Shown here: one piece after another, positions 17,023 to 26,783 of the stretch
Layout of the letters: each line of letters opens with the position of its first letter
Numbering within the stretch: the stretch's first letter is position 1
DNA from: Giardia intestinalis
Taxonomy: Eukaryota
Strand: one strand, 5' to 3'
DNA length: 64,000 nt
Assembly: GCA_000002435.2 (NCBI GenBank)
Contig: CM018792.1
Notes under the pieces: generated by a model
Seen by the model: the letters and a program-made list of their open reading frames with translations, nothing else
Told to the model about the DNA's origin: nothing
The model's database searches: none
Program-made: the position numbers and the translations under genes

Positions 17023-20000
17023 CCTCTTTGCAGTTGGCATCGTAACTATATACGTGACCTCTATACAGTGCCCGGTCTAGAAACGACGCTCGGTAAAAGT
17101 CTGACTCATGATATGGGACAGAAGAGAGCCGTCTAACAAAGTCGTCGCTTTGAATCTTTGGATGCATGAGAAGGTATGTCGCTATCGAGGCGCCAGATAT
17201 ATGGCTAGATATGGCAGTAAGATCTTCTGTTGAGATATTGACAGTCTTCAACCCAGTCTCGAACGCCTTCATTAGGTTCCTTCTGTTATCAACAATTCTA
17301 TTGGCTACACCAATGTCCTGTAACATTCTGCAAATATATTCGACATCTGACTCATATATGTTGGAGAAAGTAGTGTTAGAGAAAGACTTGTCTTTGTTAC
17401 CCTTCAAGTTTTCATAGTAGCGCCAAAAAAGAGCACAGAAGTATGCAGCGGGGAAAAGATTTGATAGCTCTATTTGAACCAGGTATTGAAGGGTATCCGA
17501 TAAGGTGCTTGCGACTCTTTCAAATGTGTTTCTAAGGTCGAGAGTCAAGTCATTAATCAGCGATTGATCGTGTGTAGCAGTAAACAGTCTTCCTATGTGG
17601 CTGTCTCGAAACGTACTCAGAATCACATAGACTAGCTTAGATGCAACTACATTGAGGGCCTCACTAACAACCTCCTTGACCGAGCTCACTTGTGCTTCAA
17701 TTACAGAACGTGCAAAAGACTCTGATTTCAGGGCACTCTTCACAAAGTCTGTAAGCTTTTCAAGTGAGTTTGGTATTAAATCTATATCATTTGCCAATGC
17801 AATATAGTGACGCGTTTCGAGCTTTTCACCTGACCAGAGCGACTCCGCGACTGGGCACCCACAGGTGGAGGAGGCATCAGAGTTAGCAACGTTTGATTGG
17901 CCTGCTACACCCTGAGATGCAAGCGTCTCTTGTAGGTTTAGTCCGGTAAGACAACTTGAGTTCCTACTGTGTGCACTGGCAGCCATAACGCTACTGGTAT
18001 CAGTGGCCATTTGGCGTGGCCTCCGTCGGATGCCGAATATCCCCCCAAACTTAGTATCGCTCGCTCGATAAAGAGGCTCGGCTTTGCTTGTCAGTTCTGA
18101 AGCAAGAGCTTGAGGGGATATCAAGGAGGAAGACCCGAGTGTTTCAGAAAGGAACTGAAAATCATCCGAATTAAGACCCTCTCTTTTAATGCTCCAAAAA
18201 GCGTCGCTAGCTAAGAGGTTATTAAAACTGTGTGCACCATCAACTATTTTGCAAAGATACTGGATGTTCATGGGCGGATCAATGCCAGAGATATTGCCAA
18301 GAATGTCGTACACAAAATTCTTTATTGCAGTACAGGCGGCGTTATAGGTTTCAAGAAAGATGCACTTCCCCAAGTCTGCAGTTAGATCAATGGTGCGAAG
18401 CTGTTCAAGGAAAATTGCAAAGATTGTACTTATAACTCCAGTCATAATGGTCCCCTCAGAGGTTGGTCTGGACGTATCCAGATCCCGTACATAGGTAAGT
18501 TGAATCTTATAGCATGCCTCGCAAAACTTCCGCAAAACATCCCTCTTGTATTGAGAAACGACAGATTGCATGGGTGCCTCCAGCGAGTATGCATTGACAA
18601 AGAACAGATCCTTTGCCTTCTGCTCCACCATTGTAGCTTTGAGTTGTGATTTCATTGCTGAGTCCTTGGAGCCTGTAAGAGAACTTAGAACCATATCTAT
18701 TGTAATTGCCCTGTCCGTGGAGCTCATGCCACTCCAAGCTGTCTCAGCAAGGCTGAGTACACAATCGTGGATTGTAAATATACAGGGGTGGGATGAAGCC
18801 TGGGCCGAGAATGGAGCTAGATCAAAGAACTTCCCGTCTGTTCGCACCATAGCATAGCTCGATCCCTTTGCCCTGGAATCCTCAGCCATGCCATCTTCAA
18901 AAACAGAAGTGAGGCTAGAGTGCCAAGAGCGATAGTGTGGTGACACTCCTGCGTGGGCTGTACCCCTGGCGATATTTTGGAAATAAACCGCATCAGGAAA
19001 GCGGCAAACAGCCCAATTAAATCCACGAGTGTCTAACTCTGTGGTGTAAGATGAAGCAAACGCAATAAGGGAGTGTAGCACCTCTTGTGTTAGAGCTACC
19101 GTCTCTGAAATGTTTCTAAGGACCCCCTGAACGTGATTGTGTATAGCAGAGACGTAAACAAGCGGAAGATTGAAGATACTAGCAACTGGAATGTGCGAGC
19201 TATTTGGGGAAAGAGGTGATGCGAGTGCGACTCGAGTTTCCTGAGTGCCGAGCCCTTTATAATATGCTTCTACAATGACAGTAGCTGCAGGCTTTCTAAA
19301 CGGGGGTTCAATGTGCATTTTTATGTGATCTAGATCCTCCTGTATGATTGATAGGAGGGTGTCCAGAAAGGTCTGGAGGTCTGAGTCTTTTGCGCCATCT
19401 GAATCATTCTTCATCGTTGACATAGCTGACCTCTCAGAGTGCTTACCCATCCTGCTCGAGAATGTGTGAGGCCGCACACGCGTACTTTGCTGCTCGTAGC
19501 GGTCAGGGATAACTGTGTTGTACACGGTATTGACGATCGCAATCCACGCTTTCGCAGCTCCTCTCTCCTCCAGAGTTTCCTGCGCAGAAAGGTTTAGAAT
19601 AAGTTGCTCCACAATCTCTCCTATATCACGCCTGGCTATCGTTTTTGAATCAAAGAGCTGTGCTGGCATTTTATCTGTGATATAGGAGGACAACTCCCGG
19701 GACAGATCCAGCGCACTCTTGAAAAACGTATTGTCAAAAGACGTTGCTATTGACGTGAGTTCTGCAGACAACTTGTCGAGCTGGACTGTCTTGAGACTTG
19801 ATGAGTGGGTAAGTGAGCTTACATACTGCTTTGGAAGCTTACGCACATCATCTCTATTCTTTAAGATGGCAAGAATTTCCTTCTGGAGCTCAAAAACAGA
19901 GACAGGGGCCGTTTCTCTTCGAGCCCATTTGCCAGCAACGACTGCTGCCCGGGCTGGGACCGAGACGACCTTTTCATAAAGCTCCTGGGTTGCAAGGGCG

Positions 20001-20329
20001 TTGGACAGCCCGTGACCAACATGCTGCATCAATATGCTGACATCTGGAGGAAAATCCTCTTCCGTCTCGCCGTAACTGGTAAGTTTAGACGCATCGTTCT
20101 GGGCTGTCTCAACTGTTTCCTGTGCCCGCACCAGAAGGTCTATGAATGAAGATGCCTTTGTAACTTGGGCATTTACGCATCGGGAAATCTCCTCCTCAAT
20201 GTGGGCCGCCTCCTGGGAAAATTGCTCAAAGACCACCTGATAGACATTCTCTCCAGACGCGGCAGCAAGAGCCGACTTGAGAAGCTGGAAAGCCTCTGCC
20301 TGCACATCGGTCTCATCAACGGATGTCAT
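17006..20329 (-). CDS. Hypothetical large alpha-helical protein (1107 aa); no recognised domain (possible CATCHR-type tethering factor, very speculative)
   Basis: Long non-repetitive minus-strand ORF. The ATG is preceded by an A/T-rich sequence (cttttaaatgagtagccataattttcATG). Confidence 0.7.
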   Translation of the reverse strand: MTSVDETDVQAEAFQLLKSALAAASGENVYQVVFEQFSQEAAHIEEEISRCVNAQVTKASSFIDLLVRAQETVETAQNDASKLTSYGETEEDFPPDVSILMQHVGHGLSNALATQELYEKVVSVPARAAVVAGKWARRETAPVSVFELQKEILAILKNRDDVRKLPKQYVSSLTHSSSLKTVQLDKLSAELTSIATSFDNTFFKSALDLSRELSSYITDKMPAQLFDSKTIARRDIGEIVEQLILNLSAQETLEERGAAKAWIAIVNTVYNTVIPDRYEQQSTRVRPHTFSSRMGKHSERSAMSTMKNDSDGAKDSDLQTFLDTLLSIIQEDLDHIKMHIEPPFRKPAATVIVEAYYKGLGTQETRVALASPLSPNSSHIPVASIFNLPLVYVSAIHNHVQGVLRNISETVALTQEVLHSLIAFASSYTTELDTRGFNWAVCRFPDAVYFQNIARGTAHAGVSPHYRSWHSSLTSVFEDGMAEDSRAKGSSYAMVRTDGKFFDLAPFSAQASSHPCIFTIHDCVLSLAETAWSGMSSTDRAITIDMVLSSLTGSKDSAMKSQLKATMVEQKAKDLFFVNAYSLEAPMQSVVSQYKRDVLRKFCEACYKIQLTYVRDLDTSRPTSEGTIMTGVISTIFAIFLEQLRTIDLTADLGKCIFLETYNAACTAIKNFVYDILGNISGIDPPMNIQYLCKIVDGAHSFNNLLASDAFWSIKREGLNSDDFQFLSETLGSSSLISPQALASELTSKAEPLYRASDTKFGGIFGIRRRPRQMATDTSSVMAASAHSRNSSCLTGLNLQETLASQGVAGQSNVANSDASSTCGCPVAESLWSGEKLETRHYIALANDIDLIPNSLEKLTDFVKSALKSESFARSVIEAQVSSVKEVVSEALNVVASKLVYVILSTFRDSHIGRLFTATHDQSLINDLTLDLRNTFERVASTLSDTLQYLVQIELSNLFPAAYFCALFWRYYENLKGNKDKSFSNTTFSNIYESDVEYICRMLQDIGVANRIVDNRRNLMKAFETGLKTVNISTEDLTAISSHISGASIATYLLMHPKIQSDDFVRRLSSVPYHESDFYRASFLDRALYRGHVYSYDANCKEVRNSV

Positions 20330-20630
20330 GAAAATTATGGCTACTCATTTAAAAGTATGCAGCACTCACAGAGAGATGCATGCTAAGTCCTATACGACCG
20401 TGTGTGAACAAGTGCACTCCTCTGCAAGCATCACACGATAAAGACTTTGCAAAATAGTTTGCACAACTGCTCTCTTGACGCCGAAGCACGAGCTGGAGCT
20501 GCGAGTGCTGCACAGAGATTCCCCTGGGAGATACCCTCTCGCCTTGAGGGCAGAACCTCAAGACGCGCTACCGCCGGCGGAACCCTTTTTTGCGCGCAAA
20601 AATTTGAGCCCAAGTTAAGAAAATAAAAGG

Positions 20631-21449
20631 ATGTCTATGTTCACCTCCACCCGTACGCTCACCCAGACGATGGACAAGCCCGACGACCTCACCCGCAGTG
20701 CGACCGAGACGGCGGTCAAGCTCAGCAACATGAACCAGCGCGTCAGCAGGTTCCACGACAAGATGGAGAACGAGATCGAGGTCCGCCGCGTCGACGACGA
20801 CACGCGCGTGAAGATGATCAAGGACGCCATCGCACACCTCGACAGGCTCATCCAGACGGAGTCGAGGAAGCGCCAGGCCTCGTTCGAGGACATCCGCGAG
20901 GAGGTCAAGAAGTCCGCCGACAACATGTACCTAACGATCAAGGAGGAGATCGACACCATGGCTGCAAACTTCCGCAAGTCCCTTGCGGAGATGGGCGACA
21001 CACTCAACAACGTTGAGACAAATCTCCAGAACCAGATCGCCATCCATAACGACGCCATCGCGGCTCTCAGGAAGGAGGCCCTCAAGAGCCTGAACGATCT
21101 CGAGACGGGCATTGCCACGGAGAACGCAGAAAGGAAGAAGATGTACGACCAGCTCAACGAGAAGGTCGCAGAGGGCTTCGCCCGCATCTCCGCCGCGATC
21201 GAGAAGGAGACGATCGCCCGCGAGAGGGCCGTTAGCGCTGCCACGACAGAAGCGCTCACAAACACGAAGCTCGTCGAGAAGTGCGTCAACGAGCAGCTCG
21301 AGAACGTCGCCTCGGAGATCCGCGCTATCCAGGAGGAGATCGACCGCGAGAAGGCCGAACGCAAGGAGGCAGAGGACAAGATCGTCAACACTCTCGAGGA
21401 CGTCGTCTCGAAGATCCAGGGCGGCCTCTCGATGGTCACAAAGCACTAA
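20631..21449 (+). CDS. bg: Beta-giardin (SF-assemblin family striated-fibre / ventral-disc protein)
   Basis: The translation MSMFTSTRTLTQTMDKPDDLTRSATETAVKLSNMNQRVSRFHDKMENEIEVRRVDDD...IQGGLSMVTKH matches Giardia beta-giardin as I remember it. The classical 259-aa form starts at the internal ATG at 20670 (MDKPDD). The A/T-rich initiator gttaagaaaataaaaggATG supports 20631 as the first codon. A poly(A) signal AGTAAAT lies 9 nt after the stop. Confidence 0.95.
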   Translation: MSMFTSTRTLTQTMDKPDDLTRSATETAVKLSNMNQRVSRFHDKMENEIEVRRVDDDTRVKMIKDAIAHLDRLIQTESRKRQASFEDIREEVKKSADNMYLTIKEEIDTMAANFRKSLAEMGDTLNNVETNLQNQIAIHNDAIAALRKEALKSLNDLETGIATENAERKKMYDQLNEKVAEGFARISAAIEKETIARERAVSAATTEALTNTKLVEKCVNEQLENVASEIRAIQEEIDREKAERKEAEDKIVNTLEDVVSKIQGGLSMVTKH

Positions 21450-21457
21450 GCGCCTGC

Positions 21458-21472
21458 AGTAAATCATTTACT
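21458..21472. terminator. Perfect palindrome AGTAAAT-C-ATTTACT: poly(A) signals for both convergent genes
   Basis: The Giardia poly(A) consensus AGTRAAY reads AGTAAAT on the plus strand 9 nt after the beta-giardin stop. On the minus strand it reads AGTAAAT overlapping the RING-gene TAA stop. Confidence 0.55.
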
Positions 21473-23915
21473 TAGGGAGTCCGACTACCTCGCCGCCGCA
21501 CCGCATCTGCACCACGGGCTGTCTGCAGAGCGCACACCGTCCGGATCGGAGCACGAGGCGTGCGGCGCACTCTGCGCAGAAGTAGTGGTTGCAGTTGAGC
21601 ACCACGATTGCCGCGCGGCAGAGCGCTCTGAGGCAGACTGCGCAGACCTCCTCATCTGCGTCTCCGTCAGAGGCGCTTTCCGACCCCTGCACCATGTCGG
21701 GGTGTGTCGAAGACTCTCTCTCGGTGTCTTCCTGCCGTCCTCGGGGCTCGATGACCATCTCCTTTGCTATGGACCCATCAAACTGGGCATAGGTCCAGGA
21801 CACCCGTTCCGTAGCCAACGTAGTAATGGCCTCAGTTTCCCTTGCAACGGCCCTGGATCCGAGGCGCCAGGATTCAAAGGGAGCATTCTGATCGGAATAG
21901 TAGTCTGTGTTGGTGTAGTCACACTGTTCAGGCCTAAACATAAAGTGTTCTGTGCTCTTGTCAGCCAATTCATCGAGCGTTGCTTTCTTGAAGATAGAGT
22001 AGAAATTAAGACTTTTCAGCGACTCCGGTGGATGCGTAATAAGTGAGGCATAATATGTCATGTACCGTAGCGCAGCAAACGCAGCCACCTGGTGATTTTG
22101 AACACTAAATTCCTTGTTGTCCAATACCCGATAGGCGTAAATTGCGAGGATATGTTTGAGGGAGTTGAGAAAGTGCTCGCCGTGTGACAAAGGTTTATAC
22201 TCATTGAACAGAATGTACGCCACCAGAGGCGAATACCCTGGTCCCAAATTTGGGCAGTTTGTTTGAAGCCACTGTGCAGCAGCCCCAGTAAGTTCCTCTT
22301 CGTGTACAGCAGGACCAGCATGGGAAAGAAGTAGGAGGAGCAAATTTGCCCTCTGGCCAATGCCCTTTGCAACCAATTCGGCACAGCCTTGATAGATATG
22401 CAAGAGCCTCTCATCAATGGTGGATTTGCTCAGTTCAATTTCAAGGACTTTGGCACAGGTGTCAACAAACATGAAAAGATGCGGAAGACAGTTGATGCGT
22501 TGTAGCTTTGCAGTTGCTAGGGTTGCAATAAGCGCATCTGGACCCTCCACATATGATTCGGCCAATCCGTCTGCAAGATGGGAGAGAAATGATCTGCATA
22601 TTTGCTTGTTTGTGGGGAACGCTGCTATGGGGTATGCAATCGCCTCAGAAAGCTCCTTGATTTCAAAGCTGCGCATTACAACCTCGTCAAAAAATTCTGC
22701 TGGCCGACAGTGTTCGTTTTCGTATGCAATCTGATAGCACAAGAGATAAATATGCACAAGGTCGGACTCACTAGGGTTTGAGAAATCAATTTCGTGATGT
22801 AAAGGATGAAGGTCGAGACGTGAGATGGCTTCTCTTGCAACTAGACCAGAGTCTAGGATAAGGTGCCGGCCAATATTTGATATGTGCGTAAGGATGTCGT
22901 TCGACACCATCTTATTGAAATGCAGATATGAACAGGCTCGGTAGAACTGAGCCATGACCCCCGTTTGATAAGGGTAGCCATTTAGGCCCATATCTAGGGC
23001 AAGATTAGCAAAGAAGCTGTACAGCACAGTCGAGTACAGAGACGATAGAAAGGTCACTGCGAGCTGAATTTGTTTCTCGTGGTATGCCACCAGACCTGAT
23101 ATTTTATGCTGTACAAACGCCACCTCAAGGGCAGTCCTAGTTGGAGGCATGGGTGACATGAGAAAGCAGTGCATGAAAGAAAAAAGAGCCAAATACCATG
23201 CATAGGGTGTGTGTGTGACGACGATCTCACTCAGAATTCCTGCCAGCTCTGCTGCATCTTCATTTGTATAGTTCTTTAGCGGCAGTAGGTCATCCAAATC
23301 AAAAGTGCGGGATGTTAAAAGCATAAGAGCCTTGTAGATAGCCGTGTTTTCACTAGAGGGAGCTTCGGGAACAAAGGCTATCAAGTGGCCCAATAGTTCT
23401 ACAGAGAGCTGCTTGTTGTACGCGTGGCATACAATAAGCTTCTTGTAAATAGGTATGGTTGTATAGATACCAACACGCCCTGTGCGTGCGGTTTGAGCCT
23501 CCTTGGAGTCAGAGGCCGTGCCTGTGGCGAGCACAACAGAAAGGACAAACTCATAAATGAAGAGGGTCTCCTCTATCGGGCCCTCGCTAGAGCCTGGCTT
23601 TGGAGGAATGTCGGTACTTACTTCTTGCAACGATAGAATCAAATGCGTCCCGCGAATAATAGAACATTTGTCTTGCTGCAAGAGCATGAGCCCACTAGCA
23701 ATAACATCACTATCTATATAAACAAAAGGGTCGTGCAGGTACATCTGCAGGTCTCCAAGAACAAACACATGAAAGCTGTTTCCTGGCGTTAAGACGACTG
23801 CCTCGGAGAGAAGACTCAGAGTCTTATCCGAAACTATGTACGCGTTCCTCTGGACTCGGCTCGCACGGTGTAGCATGCCAGAAAGAGAAGTGATGTCCAA
23901 AGGTCTTCTGAGCAT
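21468..23915 (-). CDS. Large RING-finger (C3HC4) protein, probable E3 ubiquitin ligase (815 aa)
   Basis: C-terminal RING: CAVCLRALCRAAIVVLNCNHYFCAECAARLVLRSGRCALCRQPV. The ATG is preceded by cttcaaagtaaATG. The stop TAA overlaps AGTAAAT on the minus strand. Confidence 0.75.
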   Translation of the reverse strand: MLRRPLDITSLSGMLHRASRVQRNAYIVSDKTLSLLSEAVVLTPGNSFHVFVLGDLQMYLHDPFVYIDSDVIASGLMLLQQDKCSIIRGTHLILSLQEVSTDIPPKPGSSEGPIEETLFIYEFVLSVVLATGTASDSKEAQTARTGRVGIYTTIPIYKKLIVCHAYNKQLSVELLGHLIAFVPEAPSSENTAIYKALMLLTSRTFDLDDLLPLKNYTNEDAAELAGILSEIVVTHTPYAWYLALFSFMHCFLMSPMPPTRTALEVAFVQHKISGLVAYHEKQIQLAVTFLSSLYSTVLYSFFANLALDMGLNGYPYQTGVMAQFYRACSYLHFNKMVSNDILTHISNIGRHLILDSGLVAREAISRLDLHPLHHEIDFSNPSESDLVHIYLLCYQIAYENEHCRPAEFFDEVVMRSFEIKELSEAIAYPIAAFPTNKQICRSFLSHLADGLAESYVEGPDALIATLATAKLQRINCLPHLFMFVDTCAKVLEIELSKSTIDERLLHIYQGCAELVAKGIGQRANLLLLLLSHAGPAVHEEELTGAAAQWLQTNCPNLGPGYSPLVAYILFNEYKPLSHGEHFLNSLKHILAIYAYRVLDNKEFSVQNHQVAAFAALRYMTYYASLITHPPESLKSLNFYSIFKKATLDELADKSTEHFMFRPEQCDYTNTDYYSDQNAPFESWRLGSRAVARETEAITTLATERVSWTYAQFDGSIAKEMVIEPRGRQEDTERESSTHPDMVQGSESASDGDADEEVCAVCLRALCRAAIVVLNCNHYFCAECAARLVLRSGRCALCRQPVVQMRCGGEVVGLPK

Positions 23916-23963
23916 TTACTTTGAAGAAAAGAAGAAACTGCCTCAAGCACAAACGCGTCTGTA

Positions 23964-24179
23964 TCATCTATCTTTAGTGGCCATATCCTTTGAAGAACCC
24001 TCTTCGGAGCAACAGCGAGATGTGCAGCACATTTCGTAGAAGTTTATGCACAGAGACCACGATATCAGTAATATCACGACAGACATGCCAAAAACAAAAC
24101 CAAGGGTGATGACCCAGATCTCAGCTGAATGGAGGGACGCACGGGAGTAAGACTCGACGGCTATAGAGACATCGACCAT
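23964..24179 (-). CDS. Possible small (71 aa) single-pass membrane protein ORF in an unusually long intergenic spacer
   Basis: The ATG is preceded by ctgtaaaaaATG. One hydrophobic helix is present (IWVITLGFVFGMSVVILLISW). There is no homology support. The ORF is short. Confidence 0.2.
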   Translation of the reverse strand: MVDVSIAVESYSRASLHSAEIWVITLGFVFGMSVVILLISWSLCINFYEMCCTSRCCSEEGSSKDMATKDR

Positions 24180-24271
24180 TTTTTACAGTGATCCAAGTTG
24201 TGGGTGCAGCAGACCTGCAGCATTTCATACGTGCTGAGCTGACTAAGGAAGCATAGATATGTCAATCTAAG

Positions 24272-26779
24272 ATGAACTGGGCAGAATTTTCAAAAACCGC
24301 GGAAACCATAGCTGCGCTTACTCCTTTTACCCTGGCGCCACAACAGAGGGCTGTGACCCCGGTGGCTCCTTACATGGAGCTAGCCATCCTGAGTGGAGAG
24401 AGCATAGATACCGCTGGCTCGGGCCTTTCTGATGTATCGTGTCCTCCACTGTCAACTGTAGAGGCCCCAATCTGGGGGTCTTTAGCACTTTCCACATATA
24501 GTGATCGTGAGCCAGACCCTGCTCTTCGGGCTGCATTTCAAGCTTGGCGTGCCCAGGCAAAGATGAGGAGATTGATCCTAAAACCGTATAGACGCATTGT
24601 CCGGCGATGGCACCGTCTAACAGAAGAGTCTAAGCGAGGAGAAGTCGCTTGGTCATTTTATCGACAAGCACTTTTGCAGAAGGCCTTCAATTCTCTTTTG
24701 TATCGAGTTACCACTTGCACCCATCTCACCGCACGACTGGGGTTTAAAACTCTGAGGGATATTGCTACCATAAGGAAACACGAACGCGATGTGGCTGACG
24801 AATACTACTGTGCCCGTCTTTGTGCCAAGACTTTACGCGGCCTTTTTCAATCAATTACAAAGCGCTGCCGGATCTTTCTCCAAATCCAGAGGGCTCGCGA
24901 ACTGCGTCTTCTCTCTCATACGTTTAGGCACATGCGAGTCGAGGCGTCTCTCATTGCATTAGCATTTCGCATTTATCGACGCATAACACTACATAAAGTT
25001 GTTTCCATTTGGCGACGTATGCTGCGTATTCATGTGGTAGAACAGCGCGTTAACCAGGTGATCTTACGTCACTGCTTCATTAGGTGGCGGCACCGATACA
25101 GACGCAGTCTTGCGCTCTTGCGTGATATGTATGTCCGCCAGGGGTATGACGAAGATCTGGCGCTTACTCTGGCGATTGCTTCAGAGAACGTCTGCCTCTT
25201 GCTCCGCGCTTTCTATAGTTGGCTGAAAAGAACAAGACATAAGTTACATCAGAAAATGTTGCAATCCGTCATTAATGCATTTCAGCGACAGCATCTTTTG
25301 CGGTCTGCCCTATGCAGTATAACGGAGCGTTACAAAACGATACTGGCGAGACGCCAGGCTATTTCTTCGTGTCTGCAGTCTATTGATCGTCGAACTTTGA
25401 TCCTTACCCTCAGAAGATGGAAGGGCAACGCGCAAAGTGCTAAGATTGCCCGTATTTCTTCCAATATGGTCGCACGCGAGCATAACCTCCTAGTACAGGA
25501 ACAGGCTTTCTGTGCCTGGAGAGTTGCTTGGAATATGCATCGTACAGCAAGAGCAAGATATGGTCCACTTGCATCTTCTCTGAATAGGATTCTTGTGCGT
25601 TATATATTTCACGAGTTGCAACAGAAGTACGAGGAGAACCGCTGCCGATTGGAGCGGGCAACTGAATTCCACGAAATACTGGTGAAACAATCGCTACATA
25701 AAGTGTTTAGTGCCTGGTATGTACGTTTTCTAGAACAAGAAAACACCGTGCAATTTCTCAGCTCTATTGTACACACGCTGGCAGACAGAGCCTATGATGT
25801 CTGTCACACGCGGGTACTTCGTCCTGGGAAGTGGTTTCTCGATACTCCTTCTTATAGACTTCTACGGAAGGCTTGGGATGCTTCCTGGTGGAAGTACAAA
25901 AAGCGTTCTGCTTATAGAGCAGTTCTCTTGCAAGCAGACAAGGATTATAACAATAAAGCTCTTGTGCGCACATTCTCTACATGGAGAATTGAGACAAAAG
26001 TATCTATTCTTTTGGCAATCTGGTACCCCAGGATACTTAGTGGCACCTTCACAGCTTGGCGCCTGGCTGCAGAAGGAAGTCGAGCGATTGCCCTTATGGA
26101 GTCCCAAGCCAGAATGAAGCATGAATACTCTTTGATGCATTGGACTTTCTGCTACTGGAAGCACATACGCAAGGTCTTGTCCACAGAGCGCCAGCTAGAG
26201 CAGACAATCTACTATAGAAGAGCCACACACATCCTCATATTATCGTTTAGAAGCTGGCACGCTGCGTATCTTCAAGACGTATATCTTAGAGCCAAAGAGC
26301 AGGAAGTGGCAGCCTCATGGTCCCGAACATCCCTTGCTATTGCACTGCGCAGCATATGCGCGGCGTACCTTTCACGCTTACGCTTCAGGGCAAACAGGAG
26401 GAGAAACGTGTTCACTGAGACGCTCGAAGGAATAACCGCCAGCCTTTCTTCCATCTGCATCGGCCGTTTGCTACTGGACATCCGCACGGAGCACATGAGA
26501 ATGTTGGTCCATATCTCACCTTTAAGGGTCGGGCAAATAGTCAAGAGCCCAGTCGCTGCTGTGGTGTGTGATCAAGGGTCTTCCCTACGTAGCTCACCCG
26601 AGCGTTCGCACTGGGAAATATTACGGGGACATAGAGAGAAGTACAGGTCAACGTATGAAGAAGATAGCGTTGGGATCATCCCACACAAAGTCCAGGACTG
26701 CGGGGCTCGGCAGCTCATTGATATCCTTGACAACAAGATAGCAGCACTCGGTCATCGTCTGGCAGGATGTAGCCCATAG
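24272..26779 (+). CDS. Sfi1-like centrin-binding repeat protein (835 aa)
   Basis: At least 11 copies of the Sfi1-type repeat core (F/L-x-x-W-K/R/H), spaced ~30-35 aa apart: AFQAWRAQ, VRRWHRL, VSIWRRM, FIRWRHR, FYSWLKR, TLRRWKG, AFCAWRV, VFSAWYV, TFSTWRI, TFTAWRL, TFCYWKH, SFRSWHA. The protein is basic and alpha-helical. Confidence 0.65.
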   Translation: MNWAEFSKTAETIAALTPFTLAPQQRAVTPVAPYMELAILSGESIDTAGSGLSDVSCPPLSTVEAPIWGSLALSTYSDREPDPALRAAFQAWRAQAKMRRLILKPYRRIVRRWHRLTEESKRGEVAWSFYRQALLQKAFNSLLYRVTTCTHLTARLGFKTLRDIATIRKHERDVADEYYCARLCAKTLRGLFQSITKRCRIFLQIQRARELRLLSHTFRHMRVEASLIALAFRIYRRITLHKVVSIWRRMLRIHVVEQRVNQVILRHCFIRWRHRYRRSLALLRDMYVRQGYDEDLALTLAIASENVCLLLRAFYSWLKRTRHKLHQKMLQSVINAFQRQHLLRSALCSITERYKTILARRQAISSCLQSIDRRTLILTLRRWKGNAQSAKIARISSNMVAREHNLLVQEQAFCAWRVAWNMHRTARARYGPLASSLNRILVRYIFHELQQKYEENRCRLERATEFHEILVKQSLHKVFSAWYVRFLEQENTVQFLSSIVHTLADRAYDVCHTRVLRPGKWFLDTPSYRLLRKAWDASWWKYKKRSAYRAVLLQADKDYNNKALVRTFSTWRIETKVSILLAIWYPRILSGTFTAWRLAAEGSRAIALMESQARMKHEYSLMHWTFCYWKHIRKVLSTERQLEQTIYYRRATHILILSFRSWHAAYLQDVYLRAKEQEVAASWSRTSLAIALRSICAAYLSRLRFRANRRRNVFTETLEGITASLSSICIGRLLLDIRTEHMRMLVHISPLRVGQIVKSPVAAVVCDQGSSLRSSPERSHWEILRGHREKYRSTYEEDSVGIIPHKVQDCGARQLIDILDNKIAALGHRLAGCSP

Positions 26780-26783
26780 TTCG

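Noticed and set aside
20615-21439. 274-aa minus ORF antisense to beta-giardin
   Set aside because: It is the mirror of a coiled-coil gene, which gives Ser/Leu/Phe-rich antisense. Beta-giardin identity is unambiguous on the plus strand.
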